DNA of 64,000 bases, taken from positions 18,910,001 through 18,974,000 of the forward strand of contig OZ024749.1 in the NCBI GenBank assembly GCA_964016885.1, read 5' to 3'. The notes beneath the pieces are model-generated. The model was not told the origin of the DNA. It made no database searches and worked only from the letters and a program-made list of their open reading frames with translations. A program made the translations under genes and the position numbers. Source of the DNA: Eledone cirrhosa (taxonomy: Eukaryota). Shown piece by piece: positions 28,478 through 40,500 of the stretch. Within the stretch, counting starts at the first letter, position 1, and each line of letters opens with the position of its first letter.

Positions 28478-28560
28478 ACTGGTTGGATGCCCTTCCTAAC
28501 ACCAGCGCCACTTTACAGCATGGACTGGGTGCTTTTATTTGTGCCACCAGCACTAGAGAG
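28478..28560 (-). mobile_element. SINE body fragment
   Basis: ggatgcccttcctaacacc..tttacag..gggtgctttt motif, shared with copies at 36.4, 45.5 and 57.3 kb. Confidence 0.6.
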
Positions 28561-28616
28561 GATGTCTTACTAGACTCAAGGGCCCTCTCTACCCTCCATT
28601 TTACAGCATGGTCATT

Positions 28617-29608
28617 AAAAAAAAAAAAAAAAAAACTTATTGACACGACGCACACACAAACACTCACACACCAATACTCATGCATACAAACCACAACCAC
28701 ACATACCAACACTCATTCATGCATACAATCACACACACCACTCACAAACACATATATATACATATATTACCGACAGTACTGATACAAAATCAAAATCGTC
28801 AAAATCACTATCATGTCAACTGTTGACCTTTCCCAGTCCAGTTCGGCTTGTATATAATAATAATAACAATAATAATTGTTTGCTTTACGCTGGTAATGGC
28901 GGTGGTGGATGGTGTCAGTGTGGTGATGGTGGATGGTATCAGCGTGGTGGTGGTGGATGGTCAGTGATGGTGGTGGCAGTTGTTGGTGCTGTAGTTGTTA
29001 TTGTAGTTGTTGTCGTTGTTGCTGTTGTTGTTGTCCTTCATTTCACTGTTGCTGTTGCTGCAGACAATGGTGTTGATGCTGTTATTGCTATCGCATATAT
29101 ACAAAAACATACACACACACACATTCAACACAGACGATGGTGTTGTTGTTGTTGTTGTTGGTGTTGTTGCTGTTGTTGTTGTAGTTGTTGCTGTGTTGAA
29201 ATCTGGTCGCATCCACTGAGATATACATATACACACACATACACATATGTATATACACATACATACATCAAAAGAGAGTCAGCAGTATGTCAACAGGGGA
29301 CAGGACAGCAACCTTAGAGTAATGTGGTGATGGTGGGGAGCGAGTGTAGGCGTTATTGTTATTGTGGTGACGGGCGGGGGTCAGTGAGATGTACAAGTTC
29401 ATAGATCACTTTTCTCTTTTCCTCTCTCTTCAAAATTTTGAATTTATGGCCTTTTGCAATGGCGGACAAGTATATATAATATATATATATGAAGCAAAGA
29501 AAAGAAAATTTTTTTTATATATATATATATATACATATATACATATATATATAAATATATATACATATATATATACATATATATATACATATACATATAT
29601 ATATACAT

Positions 29609-29693
<85 letters not shown>

Positions 29694-29696
29694 CAT
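28617..29696. repeat. Mixed low-complexity region: polyA, (CA)n, (GGT)n, (GTT)n, (TA)n
   Basis: Direct inspection. Confidence 0.8.
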
Positions 29697-30301
29697 AGCG
29701 GCGATGAATTAGTTTTGCGAGGTTTTTTATATGAAATCGTGTGTCGAAACAGATATTGTTATATTTGGGGAGGGTCATATTTGCGTAATATTGCCAGAAT
29801 TAATAACAGAACACACTCACTGTTTGGTTGGTTTTCGCTTCTCGCTGTCATTTATATCTGCGATCTAACTTACTCGGTCCTCAATGTTGCCATTGACTGA
29901 CCGACGGTCAAAAATAATACAGATACAATATAGACACAAACACATATATATAGTTTACATAATTTACATAAATCTTTCGTTGCACATCTGCAACATCGTC
30001 AGTGGTGTTATATTCATTGTTCCTCCTGTTGTGTTGTATGTCTACGCCATTTTTTTTTTTTTTTTTTTGTTCAGTCTGTCTATATATTTATTTATTTATT
30101 TGCTTGTTTGTTTATCTTATTTTATTTTGTCTTCTTTGCGCATGCGTTTGCGTGTGTGTATAGTGTTATGTGTGATGTGTGACTAGTGTGATGTGTGACT
30201 AGTTGTGTCTGCTGGGTGACTAGTGTGTGTTTATGTGCTTGTTGTTATTGTGCTTGTGTATGTATTTATTTATCTTATTTAATTTTATTTTATTTACTTA
30301 T

Positions 30302-31753
30302 TTATACTTCTCTTAGGTCAGTGTTGTTTGTTTGGGTGTTGTTGTTGTTCCACTCATTCTTTCTGTTTAGCTTTGGTCTTCTAATTTCTATTTCACTGGC
30401 CTCTCTGATTTGCCTATCTGCTGGGTCATTCCTATGTTTAGATATTATTCTAATTTCTATGTTGTCTATGTTACCGTCATGTTGTTGTCTAGCATGTTCG
30501 TATAGTACTGGCCCGTTTTTTCGTCCTTTTAGTTCCCCCCAGTGTTGGTCTATCCTTTCACCTATGCTACGAGCTGTCTCACCTATGTATGTTGTTGTCA
30601 TGTTTCTGCAAGTACCCTCTGTACATCTTATGCTATAGACTACGTTTCTAGTTTTACAGTTTATCCGGGGGTTCACCTTACATATGATACATTTCCTATT
30701 GGTACAGTGGGTTTTCTTAAAAGGGTAGGTTTTGCTGATCAGGGATTTTATGGTGGTTCCTGGCTTTTCTACCACCTTTATTTTTAAGTGGGTCTTTCTC
30801 AGGGCCTTTCTACACTGGTTAGCTAATTTCCCTCCAGGGGTGGCGTCCACAAACATGACACTCTGATATCTCTGGTTGTCGTACCATGATGTGGCCTTCC
30901 CTATCTTATGTCTAGCCCTATCTAAGCTATTCCATGATTTGCTCCTGTATAGTGGGCAAATTCCTTTCATGTCCAGTTCTATGAGGGTCTTATACTTTTC
31001 CATGGCTCCTTCGTATACTCTGACTCTGTCTCTTTGGTTGTAGCCAGAGAACTGCATGCGGTTGATGAAGTGTTGGATGTGTCCTTCCATTTCTGTTGGG
31101 TCGTACATGCTGGACACATTCTTCATCACTCGTACCAAATCTGCGATCAGAATATTAAACTTAGCACTACTGGACATTGCTGAGTTTTTGAGTATCAGGT
31201 ATTTGGAGGCCATGGGTTTAGCATAGTGTGAGTGGAGAATTTGGGCTCTCTCGTCTATAGTGTTAATCCAGAGTTCTGTGTCTAATACAGGTAGTCTATT
31301 GTTAGGGTGTTTGGAAGGGAAGTCTATAGTTACAGTTATACTCTGGTGTATGGAATTAGCTATCTGCTGGATGCTTTCCATCGTGCTACGTTCTAAATCA
31401 AACTTGTTAGTGCTCTCTAGTGGGGGTGTTCTTATAACTATATTGATATCGTCTACATAACGAGAGTACATGATGAGGTCTATGGAGCTTTCATTAAGGA
31501 GATCTTTAAGTCTCCTTTCCCACCATACCATGAAAAGGTTGGCAACATCACCAGCTATGCTGACGCCGATGGCTGCTCCCTCATTTTGGGTGTAGATTTT
31601 CTCATTGAACTTAAATATGTGGCCCTTTAGGGTAGTTTTGATACTAGCCCCTATTGCATGTGCGACCATTTTTCTTACCTGATCAGTGTTTTGGGGGGTC
31701 CGTATAGCTTTGGTCCACCCAATCCAGCTTCCTATGGGAGTCTTTTTAGCCAT
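30302..31753 (-). CDS. PLE RT C-terminal half + GIY-YIG endonuclease
   Basis: YTQNEGAAIG, SRYVDD, LPVLD, CTNRKCIIC, VVYSIRC...YIGET..R..H, EH...H, E, PKLN. Confidence 0.9.
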   Translation of the reverse strand: MAKKTPIGSWIGWTKAIRTPQNTDQVRKMVAHAIGASIKTTLKGHIFKFNEKIYTQNEGAAIGVSIAGDVANLFMVWWERRLKDLLNESSIDLIMYSRYVDDINIVIRTPPLESTNKFDLERSTMESIQQIANSIHQSITVTIDFPSKHPNNRLPVLDTELWINTIDERAQILHSHYAKPMASKYLILKNSAMSSSAKFNILIADLVRVMKNVSSMYDPTEMEGHIQHFINRMQFSGYNQRDRVRVYEGAMEKYKTLIELDMKGICPLYRSKSWNSLDRARHKIGKATSWYDNQRYQSVMFVDATPGGKLANQCRKALRKTHLKIKVVEKPGTTIKSLISKTYPFKKTHCTNRKCIICKVNPRINCKTRNVVYSIRCTEGTCRNMTTTYIGETARSIGERIDQHWGELKGRKNGPVLYEHARQQHDGNIDNIEIRIISKHRNDPADRQIREASEIEIRRPKLNRKNEWNNNNTQTNNTDLREV

Positions 31754-31758
31754 TGAGG

Positions 31759-32785
31759 TTATGGTGGGGGTCTACCTCTTATAGGTCTACTAGGGCAGAA
31801 ACATCTAAGGTCATGGCTGTCTAGGTAGTCAGTGTCGTAGGTAAGTCTAAGTAGGAGGCCCAGTTCGTCTGTGTCGACGTCGCAGAACTCCACCTCACTC
31901 TCAATGATCATCTCCACACATCTTTTCACAGCAAAATCAATGTTAATGGATGGGTACAGTGACACCACATCCATGCTGCCTATTATGCAGTTGGATAGGC
32001 TCCTGTTTTTGTTGCACTCACTGATTCTGCTGAGGAGGTCCTCTGTACTTTCACATACATCTGGGGACATCTTGATTATGGGGCGTATAACCATTGAGAG
32101 GAAGTAGGAGATCCTGTAGTTGCTAGCTATATTAGCTCCGCATACGGGTCTTGTTGGTGGTCCTGTTGTCGGGTCGTCGACTGTCTTGTGGTCTTTGCGG
32201 AGCCCATACAAGGGTGGTATGCCATTGTTAGACGCCTGGAAGTTGTTGGCAGTGCGTCTGCTTGGCTTTAGGATGTCAGTCCACATCATCATGTGAGCGT
32301 TGAGGATTTTTTCTCTCCCATCGTGTGTTAGTTGTGCAACTTCGCTCGTGTTGGTGATGTGGGGTTGCATTGCCTCGATGTAGTTCGGCATGCTATCTAT
32401 TGACATCCTACCAGACTTATCTGTGGGTAGACACACTACCTCACCATCCCTTGTGCGCTGCTTGAGGCTAACCAAGCCTTCTACAGGTTTTATCCCAAGT
32501 TGTTGGGCCTCTAGTCTGCTCTGTCTCATAGTGTACCTGTCTACTACTTGTCTAATCTTATTTCTAGCTATGGTGAACTGTGCCTCCGTCTCGTCATCTA
32601 TTTGCTGTGGTATGCAAACTCTTTTATTAAAGGGTAACCTCGTAGGATAGATATTACCCATCTTATATGTTTTGTCAGCTGGGTTGAAAAATAGTTTCTC
32701 TAAGGGGTTGTCGTTATTTCTATCGTCATAGTTGTGTGTGTTGCTATTATTGTTATCATGGAGGTTGTTGTTGTTGTTGTTGTTT
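31759..32785 (-). pseudogene. PLE RT N-terminal half, frameshifted from the downstream ORF
   Basis: PTDKSG, LYGLRKDHK, PTRPV and SMDVVSLYPSI motifs; frame break near 31760 (GRPPP*). Confidence 0.85.
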
Positions 32786-32789
32786 CTTT

Positions 32790-34190
32790 CGGACCCCCCA
32801 AAACACTGATCAGGTAAGAAAAATTGTCGCACATGCAATAGGGGCTAGTATCAAAACTACCCTAAAGGGCCACATATTTAAGTTCAATGAGAAAATCTAC
32901 ACCCAAAATGAGGGAGCAGCCATCGGCGTCAGCATAGCTGGTGATGTTGCCAACCTTTTCATGGTATGGTGGGAAAGGAGACTTAAAGATCTCCTTAATG
33001 AAAGCTCCATAGACCTCATCATGTACTCTCGTTATGTAGACGATATCAATATAGTTATAAGAACACCCCCACTAGAGAGCACTAACAAGTTTGATTTAGA
33101 ACGTAGCACGATGGAAAGCATCCAGCAGATAGTTAATTCCATACACCAGAGTATAACTGTAACTATAGACTTCCCTTCCAAACACCCTAACAATAGACTA
33201 CCTGTATTAGACACAGAACTCTGGATTAACACTATAGACGAGAGAGCCCAAATTCTCCACTCACACTATGCTAAACCCATGGCCTCCAAATACCTGATAC
33301 TCAAAAACTCAGCAATGTCCAGTAGTGCTAAGTTTAATATTCTGATCGCAGATTTGGTACGAGTGATGAAGAATGTGTCCAGCATGTGCGACCCAACAGA
33401 AATGGAAGGACACATCCAACACTTCATCAACCGCATGCAGTTCTCTGGCTACAACCAAAGAGACAGAGTCAGAGTATACGAAGGAGCCATGGAAAAGTAT
33501 AAGACCCTCATAGAACTGGACATGAAAGGAATTTGCCCACTATACAGGAGCAAATCATGGAATAGCTTAGATAGGGCTAGACATAAGATAGAGAAGGCCA
33601 CATCATGGTACGACAACCAGAGATATCAGAGTGTCATGTTTGTAAACGCCACCCCTGGAGGGAAATTAGCTAACCAGTGTAGAAAGGCCCTGAGAAAGAC
33701 CCACTTAAAAATAAAGGTGGTAGAAAAGCCAGGAACCACCATAAAATCCCTGATCAGCAAAACCTACCCTTTTAAGAAAACCCACTGTACCAATAGGAAA
33801 TGTATCATATGTAAGGTGAACCCCCGGATAAACTGTAAAACTAGAAACGTAGTCTATAGCATAAGATGTACAGAGGGTACTTGCAGAAACATGACAACAA
33901 CATACATAGGTGAGACAGCTCGTAGCATAGGTGAAAGGATAGACCAACACTGGGGGGAACTAAAAGGACGAAAAAACGGGTCAGTACTATACGAACATGC
34001 TAGACAACAACATGACGGTAACATAGACAACATAGAAATTAGAATAATATCTAAACATAGGAATGACCCAGCAGATAGGCAAATCAGAGAGGCCAGTGAA
34101 ATAGAAATTAGAAGACCAAAGCTAAACAGAAAGAATGAGTGGAACAACAACAACACCCAAACAAACAACACTGACCTAAGAGAAGTATAA
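32790..34190 (+). pseudogene. Inverted partial duplicate of the PLE RT-GIY-YIG ORF
   Basis: Nearly identical protein to 30302-31753, starting at RTPQNTDQ. Confidence 0.88.
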
Positions 34191-34735
34191 ATAAGTAAAT
34201 AAAATAAAATTAAATAAGATAAATAAATACATACACAAGCACAATAACAACAAGCACATAAACACACACTAGTCACCCAGCAGACACAACTAGTCACACA
34301 TCACACTAGTCACACATCACACATAACACTATACACACACGCAAACGCATGCGCAAAGAAGACAAAATAAAATAAGATAAACAAACAAGCAAATAAATAA
34401 ATAAATATATAGACAGACTGAACAAAAAAAAAAAAAAAAAAATGGCGTAGACATACAACACAACAGGAGGAACAATGAATATAACACCACTGACGATGTT
34501 GCAGATGTGCAACGAAAGATTTATGTAAATTATGTAAACTATATATATGTGTCTGTGTCTATATTGTATCTGTATTATTTTTGACCGTCGGTCAGTCAAT
34601 GGCAACATTGAGGACCGAGTAAGTTAGATCGCAGATATAAAAGACAGCGAGAAGCGAAAACCAACCAAACAGTGAGTGTGTTCTGTTATTAATTCTGGCA
34701 ATATTACGCAAATATGACCCTCCCCAAATATAACA

Positions 34736-35328
<593 letters not shown>

Positions 35329-35791
35329 TGGTGGCTGCCAACTCGTTTTCGAGTACGGCCACTACTTTATATCCATGTAGGAGAACCCCTACCGATGCAC
35401 TGAACGAGTGTGACTTTTTAGTCCAGCCAACGACTTGAAAACTCTGGTACAAACACTACACTTGTGACAAATATTGACACATAGTGCTGGGCCCATGGTA
35501 CCATGTGATGACAAGTGCAGAGAGATCTCCAGATATAAAGCAATGCCTGTGCCGTGAAGCTTTTATAGTGAGCAAAGGCACTGCACAAAGCCAGTCCCAC
35601 TCTCTTAACCAAGATGATATTTACCAAAAAGAAGAACAAGTCAACATCATTGGATACCATCAGGGTTGCAGGTGTTATATCAGAGTTTTCCTTCTCCTAG
35701 AATTCTGCTTTGACAAAGGCTAAGGGGTCATCTCTCCCAGTGATTTTAGATGGCCATTGACTCTTAAGAGCTCCTTATATATATATATATA

Positions 35792-35978
35792 TTTATTAAA
35801 ATAACAGATTAAAGTTTAAGCAAAGAATCGCTGCTTTCACCCTTAACGGGATCTTCTGAAAGGGTGAAAGCAGCGATTCTTTGCTTAAACTTTAATCTGT
35901 TATTTTAATAAACATTTGATATATATTTTCCTTATCGAGCCCTCTTTGGATTTTAGTCTTCAATTTAATTATTATTAC
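35792..35978. repeat. Short foldback (~53-bp arms) with one-sided tail
   Basis: tttattaaaataacag...tttcaccctt / aagggtgaaa...ctgttattttaataaa, followed by ~65 nt of unique tail, between TA runs. Confidence 0.8.
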
Positions 35979-36004
35979 TATACATATATATATATATATA
36001 TATA

Positions 36005-36208
36005 TATAAAGAAAAAGAGATGAAATCGAAAATGCAACTGGAGTCTTATTTTTTTTTTAAATATATATATTTATCAAATAAATATATATATTTTTTTTTA
36101 AAATAAGACTCCAGTTGCATTTTCGATTTCATCTCTTTTTCTTTATACTTTCACTCGTGTAGGACACCTCGGTTATTTTTCATTTTGTAAAAAAACCTCA
36201 CTTTCTAA
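36005..36208. repeat. Short foldback (~45-bp arms) with one-sided tail
   Basis: aaagaaaaagagatgaaatcgaaaatgcaactggagtcttattt and its reverse complement at 36101-36146, followed by ~60 nt of tail. Confidence 0.8.
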
Positions 36209-36226
36209 TATATATATATATATATA

Positions 36227-36640
36227 TCATCATATCATATATCATCATCATCATCATCATATATCATCATATCATATATCATCATCATCATCATCATCAT
36301 CGTTTAACGTCCCTGTTCCACGCTTGCATGGGTTTGGACGGGGGTTTTCCCACTTGAGGCAAGAGTGGTTGTCTTGCTCGCATAGGACTGTCTGGCGGGT
36401 TTTCTACAGCTGGATGCCATTCCTAACACCAACCACATTTACAGTGTGGGGCTGGGAGGTTTTTACCGTGTTGCCTACACGGCCACATTACAGCGTGGAC
36501 TGTCTGGCGTGTTTTCTACAGCTGGATGCCCTTCCTAACACCAACCACATTTACAGTGTGGGACTGGGAGGTCTATACCGTGTTGCCTACACGGTCACAT
36601 TACAGCGTGGACTGTGTGTTTTTTTTGTCGTGACAGCTAC
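36227..36640 (-). mobile_element. SINE with RTE-like (GAT)n tail and an internal ~110-bp duplication
   Basis: (cat)n-cgtttaacgtcc tail; two copies of ggactgtctggcg..ctacagctggatgcc..cctaacaccaaccacatttacagtgtggg. Confidence 0.7.
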
Positions 36641-36773
36641 ACGATCTCGTTTGTTTCGGCCTGGATGTTGTGGCACCAATAAAACTTTGCATTGAAGGGG
36701 GCGGTGTGGATGGGGTGGGACAGGGGTGTATTTTGTTAGAGATGCCTACTGACTAGTAGGTTTTACTTTGTAT

Positions 36774-36972
36774 TTAGCTAAGGCGGGTCTTCTCTGTTAC
36801 TGAGTACCGCCAAACGTCTCGGTCCAGTGACATTGTCTTGGAGAGGTGTAAGTGCGTGAGGTCGGAATTAATCAGCTCGTCCCAGGTTTTCCTGGGTCTT
36901 CCTAATCCGTGGCTACCATCTATCTTTATTGCCCTGCACTTTGTTATACAGCTGTCGTCTTTCATGCGCGTC
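36774..36972 (-). pseudogene. RTE LINE 3' fragment
   Basis: [27 protein letters not shown], homologous to the C-terminus of the 25371 ORF. Confidence 0.8.
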
Positions 36973-37003
36973 ATATATACATATATACATATACATATAT
37001 ACA

Positions 37004-37163
<160 letters not shown>

Positions 37164-37179
37164 TGTATATATATATATA

Positions 37180-37396
37180 TAACTTTGAAATGTTTTGGCC
37201 AGTATTGGCCCAGGCCATGTCTAACTTAATAGCACCACCTGGCGAAGTCTTTCAATTCAGGATTTGGGCACCATGGCCCATTCGAGAAGAGAATTACTGT
37301 TTGCGGAGACATATCCGGGTGTGGGTGGTTTGTCCGGGATTACTTGGAGGAATTTGTCCAAAGACTTCTTGAATTTTGTGTGGTCAGTTTCTGTTA
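37180..37396 (-). mobile_element. 3' fragment of a second CR1/L2-like LINE family
   Basis: [23 protein letters not shown] matches the LINE ORF2 C-terminus (FKKHLDTLLSRIPDEP..TNSLL); near-identical to 45716-45928. Confidence 0.75.
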
Positions 37397-37397
37397 T

Positions 37398-37436
<39 letters not shown>

Positions 37437-37463
37437 TACATATATACATATATATATACATAT

Positions 37464-37502
<39 letters not shown>

Positions 37503-37504
<2 letters not shown>

Positions 37505-40500
37505 CTCTTTTACTCTTTTACCTGTTTCAGCCATCCGGCTGAGGCCATGCTGGGGCACCGCCCTTGTTGCTACACATTTTATCTCCAGCCTGTATAGGTT
37601 GGCCACTGGTGTAAGAGGGAGTTTGTTGCTGCTGCCCTTAGGTTTCCCTCGTGTCTTGCTGTGGGCTCATCCGGGATCCTGGATAACAAAGTGTCGAGAT
37701 GTTTCTTAAAGACATCCACCTCCACGTCATGCAAGTCTCTCAGATGCCTCGGCAGCCTGTTGAAGAGTTGAGGGCCCTTGAATCCCAGGCTATTGCAATA
37801 CCTGCTCCTTATTCTAGATGTGGAAGACGGGACCTTTGGCACCACACAGTGACGTCCTGTTCGACGGTTGGTCCAGCTCCCAATGCCAAAGTTTGGTGCT
37901 AGTCCCTCCAGGATTTTCCACATGTAGATCACTGCGTATCTCTCCCGTCTTCGCTCCAAGGAGTAGAGGTTCAGTTCCTTCAGCCTCTCCCAGTAGCTTG
38001 TCTCCCTCATCTTGGCAATCCTCTTGGTGTAGCTTCGCTGGATTGCTTCAAGCTCCGTGGTTAGTTTGACACTATGGGGTGACCACAACTGGGAGCAGTA
38101 GTCCAGGCGGCTTAGGACAAAAGTCCTCCACAGTGTCAACATGGTGTCTCGATCTCTTGTCCGGAAAGTCCTCAAGATCCAGCCAGCGAGTCGTCTGCAC
38201 GTTGTCGCCACTTTCATGATGTGTGAAGAAAAAGATGCATCATCGCTCATGTCTATGCCCAGGTCTCGTATTGATTTTGACATGGGGATATCGGTCCTGT
38301 GTAGCTGTGTTCCACTATATTTGTGTTTGCAGGTTTGTATTGTAGGGCTTGGAATTTGCCAGCATTAAACTGCATGTTGTTTTCTTCCGCCCATCTGTAT
38401 ATGGCATCCAGATCCTGCTGTAAAAGGGCAGCGTCAGCCGGGTTTTTGATTGCCTGTGCTACCTTAGTGTCATCAGCATAGCTAGTGAGGGATGTTGTTG
38501 CATGCACCACAGAGGGCATGTCCGAGAGAGCCACCAAAAACAGTAGTGGTCCCAGGACTGTCCCCTGGGGCACCCCACTTGTTATCGGTGTTTCCCTCGA
38601 GAGGGCCCCATTTGCTGCGACTGCCTGGCTTCTGTCCCTTAGGAAGCCATGCAGCCACTCACCTACTTTTCCAGTTATGCCGAGTCCGTGTATTTTGTGA
38701 CAAATCATTCCGTGGTCGACCTTGTCAAAGGCCTTCGCAAAGTCAAGATATATCACGTCCACATGTGAGCTGTCTAGTAGTTGTCTCAGTACCCAGTCGT
38801 AGTGATGTAGCAGCTGTGTAAGGCAGCTTCTTCCTGGGCGGAAGCCATATTGCGTGCTAGTCAGGCGGTCATTTTCTTCGAGGAAAGTGATTAGTTTCTT
38901 TCTGACGACTCGCTCCATGACATTCCTGATATGCGACGTCAGGGAGACTGGCCTATAGTTCTTGGCCTCCGCTCTACTACCTCCTTTATGGATAGGGCAT
39001 ATTGTGCCTTCTTTCAGCTCCCTGGGTAGTACACCGCTAGCCAAGGAGCTTCTGAAGAGCATCTTCAGTGGAGTTGCTAAGGCCCGCTTACATATTTTTA
39101 AGAGAACTGCTGGGAATCCATCAGGTCCAGCAGCCGAGTCTGTTCTAATTTCATCAATGGCGTACACCACATCCTCCTCCGTTATGTCTATGTGGTTGAT
39201 GGTTGCCATTTCTTGATGTAGTGTTGTGGCATCAAAGAACTCCTCTGGCTTCGTTATTTGCATGTGCCTCAGTGGACATGTGAAGACACTTTTGTACTGT
39301 TCGTTCAGTATTTCACATATCTCTTGGGGGTTTTCTGTTAATGAACCGTCCGTGTGGAAGAGTGGCCCAATCTTGCAGTGTACTGAGGCAGTTTCTTTTG
39401 CAAATTTAAAGAAGGCCTTGGGGTTTGTTTTAATGTTTTCTATGGCCCCGTTCTCTTTCTCTGCCCTCTCATTCTCATGTGAAAGTTTGAGTGCAATCTC
39501 GGTGTCAAGTAGTGCACGTTTCAAATAGGATTCCTTCTTGTTTTTGTTTTGTTGACTATTCAACTGTTTTTAGAGTTTAATTCTACGTCTCATAAGGATT
39601 TTCCTATCTCTGGGAATAAGATTTTTGTGTCTGTTTGCCTCTTTCTCCGGGACAAACTTTTTGCACACAGTGTGTATCATTGTCATGAAGTGTTGAAATT
39701 GTGTGTAAGTGTCTTGTGTGGCGGTGTTTTCACTCCATGTTTGCTTCCGGATTTCATTCTTAATCTTTTTCCAGTTAGCCTTGTAGAAGTTAAGGCTGGA
39801 TAGCGTCCCGGAGCTTCTTGGTGGCCCTGTCTCTGTTGGTTCTCTTGGACCACATATCATTAGCTCTACTAAGTTATGATCCGAGAGAATTGTTGGTGTC
39901 ACCCTCAGATTGTGGATGAGCACTTCGTTGTTTGTAAAACAGAGGTCCAGGACATTTTCGCCTCTTGTTGGGAGGAGTATTGCTTGCTCCATGAACAGCC
40001 TGTGTGTGAGGGCCAGCAGGGATTCCGTCTGTCTCTGTTCTATTGACGTCATTCCAGGGAGGAGGTGGCCCTCAGGCCATTTGACCTTTGGTAGGTTGAA
40101 GACTCCCAGCAGTAGGATGTTGAGACCCTGGTCCAGTTTGTCAAGGACCTCTTCTATCCTACTTAGGCTATCCTCAAATTTACCCTCATGACTGGGGGCA
40201 TCGGGCGGCCGATATGTGACACATATTACCGTCTGTAGTTGCTTCATATGTATTATCAGTGTGTCACAGACTGAGTTTGAATGTGTCAACAGTACAATTG
40301 GTGTGACATCTTCACGGATATACAGAGCAACCCCACCATGAGTTCTCTCCTTCCTGTCCGAACGAAATACAGTATATTTCGGTATATGTATTTCTGCATC
40401 TGCTATACTGCTTGTCAGGTGCGTTTCGGTTAGTGCCATGCATAGTGCTTGATTGCTTACTGAGTTTCACCAGGCCTCTGACATTCAGCAGCAGCACTGG

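Noticed and set aside
28640-29317. 225-aa ORF with poly-V/poly-C and an apparent transmembrane stretch
   Set aside because: Derived from (GTT)n/(GGT)n microsatellites.
30302-32838. Selenocysteine recoding as reported for some Naiad PLEs
   Set aside because: The ORF break is a frameshift followed by TAA, not an in-frame TGA.
35360-35420. Possible C2H2 zinc-finger linker remnant (IHVGE.PYRCTE)
   Set aside because: Needs frameshifts, single occurrence, and no complete finger.
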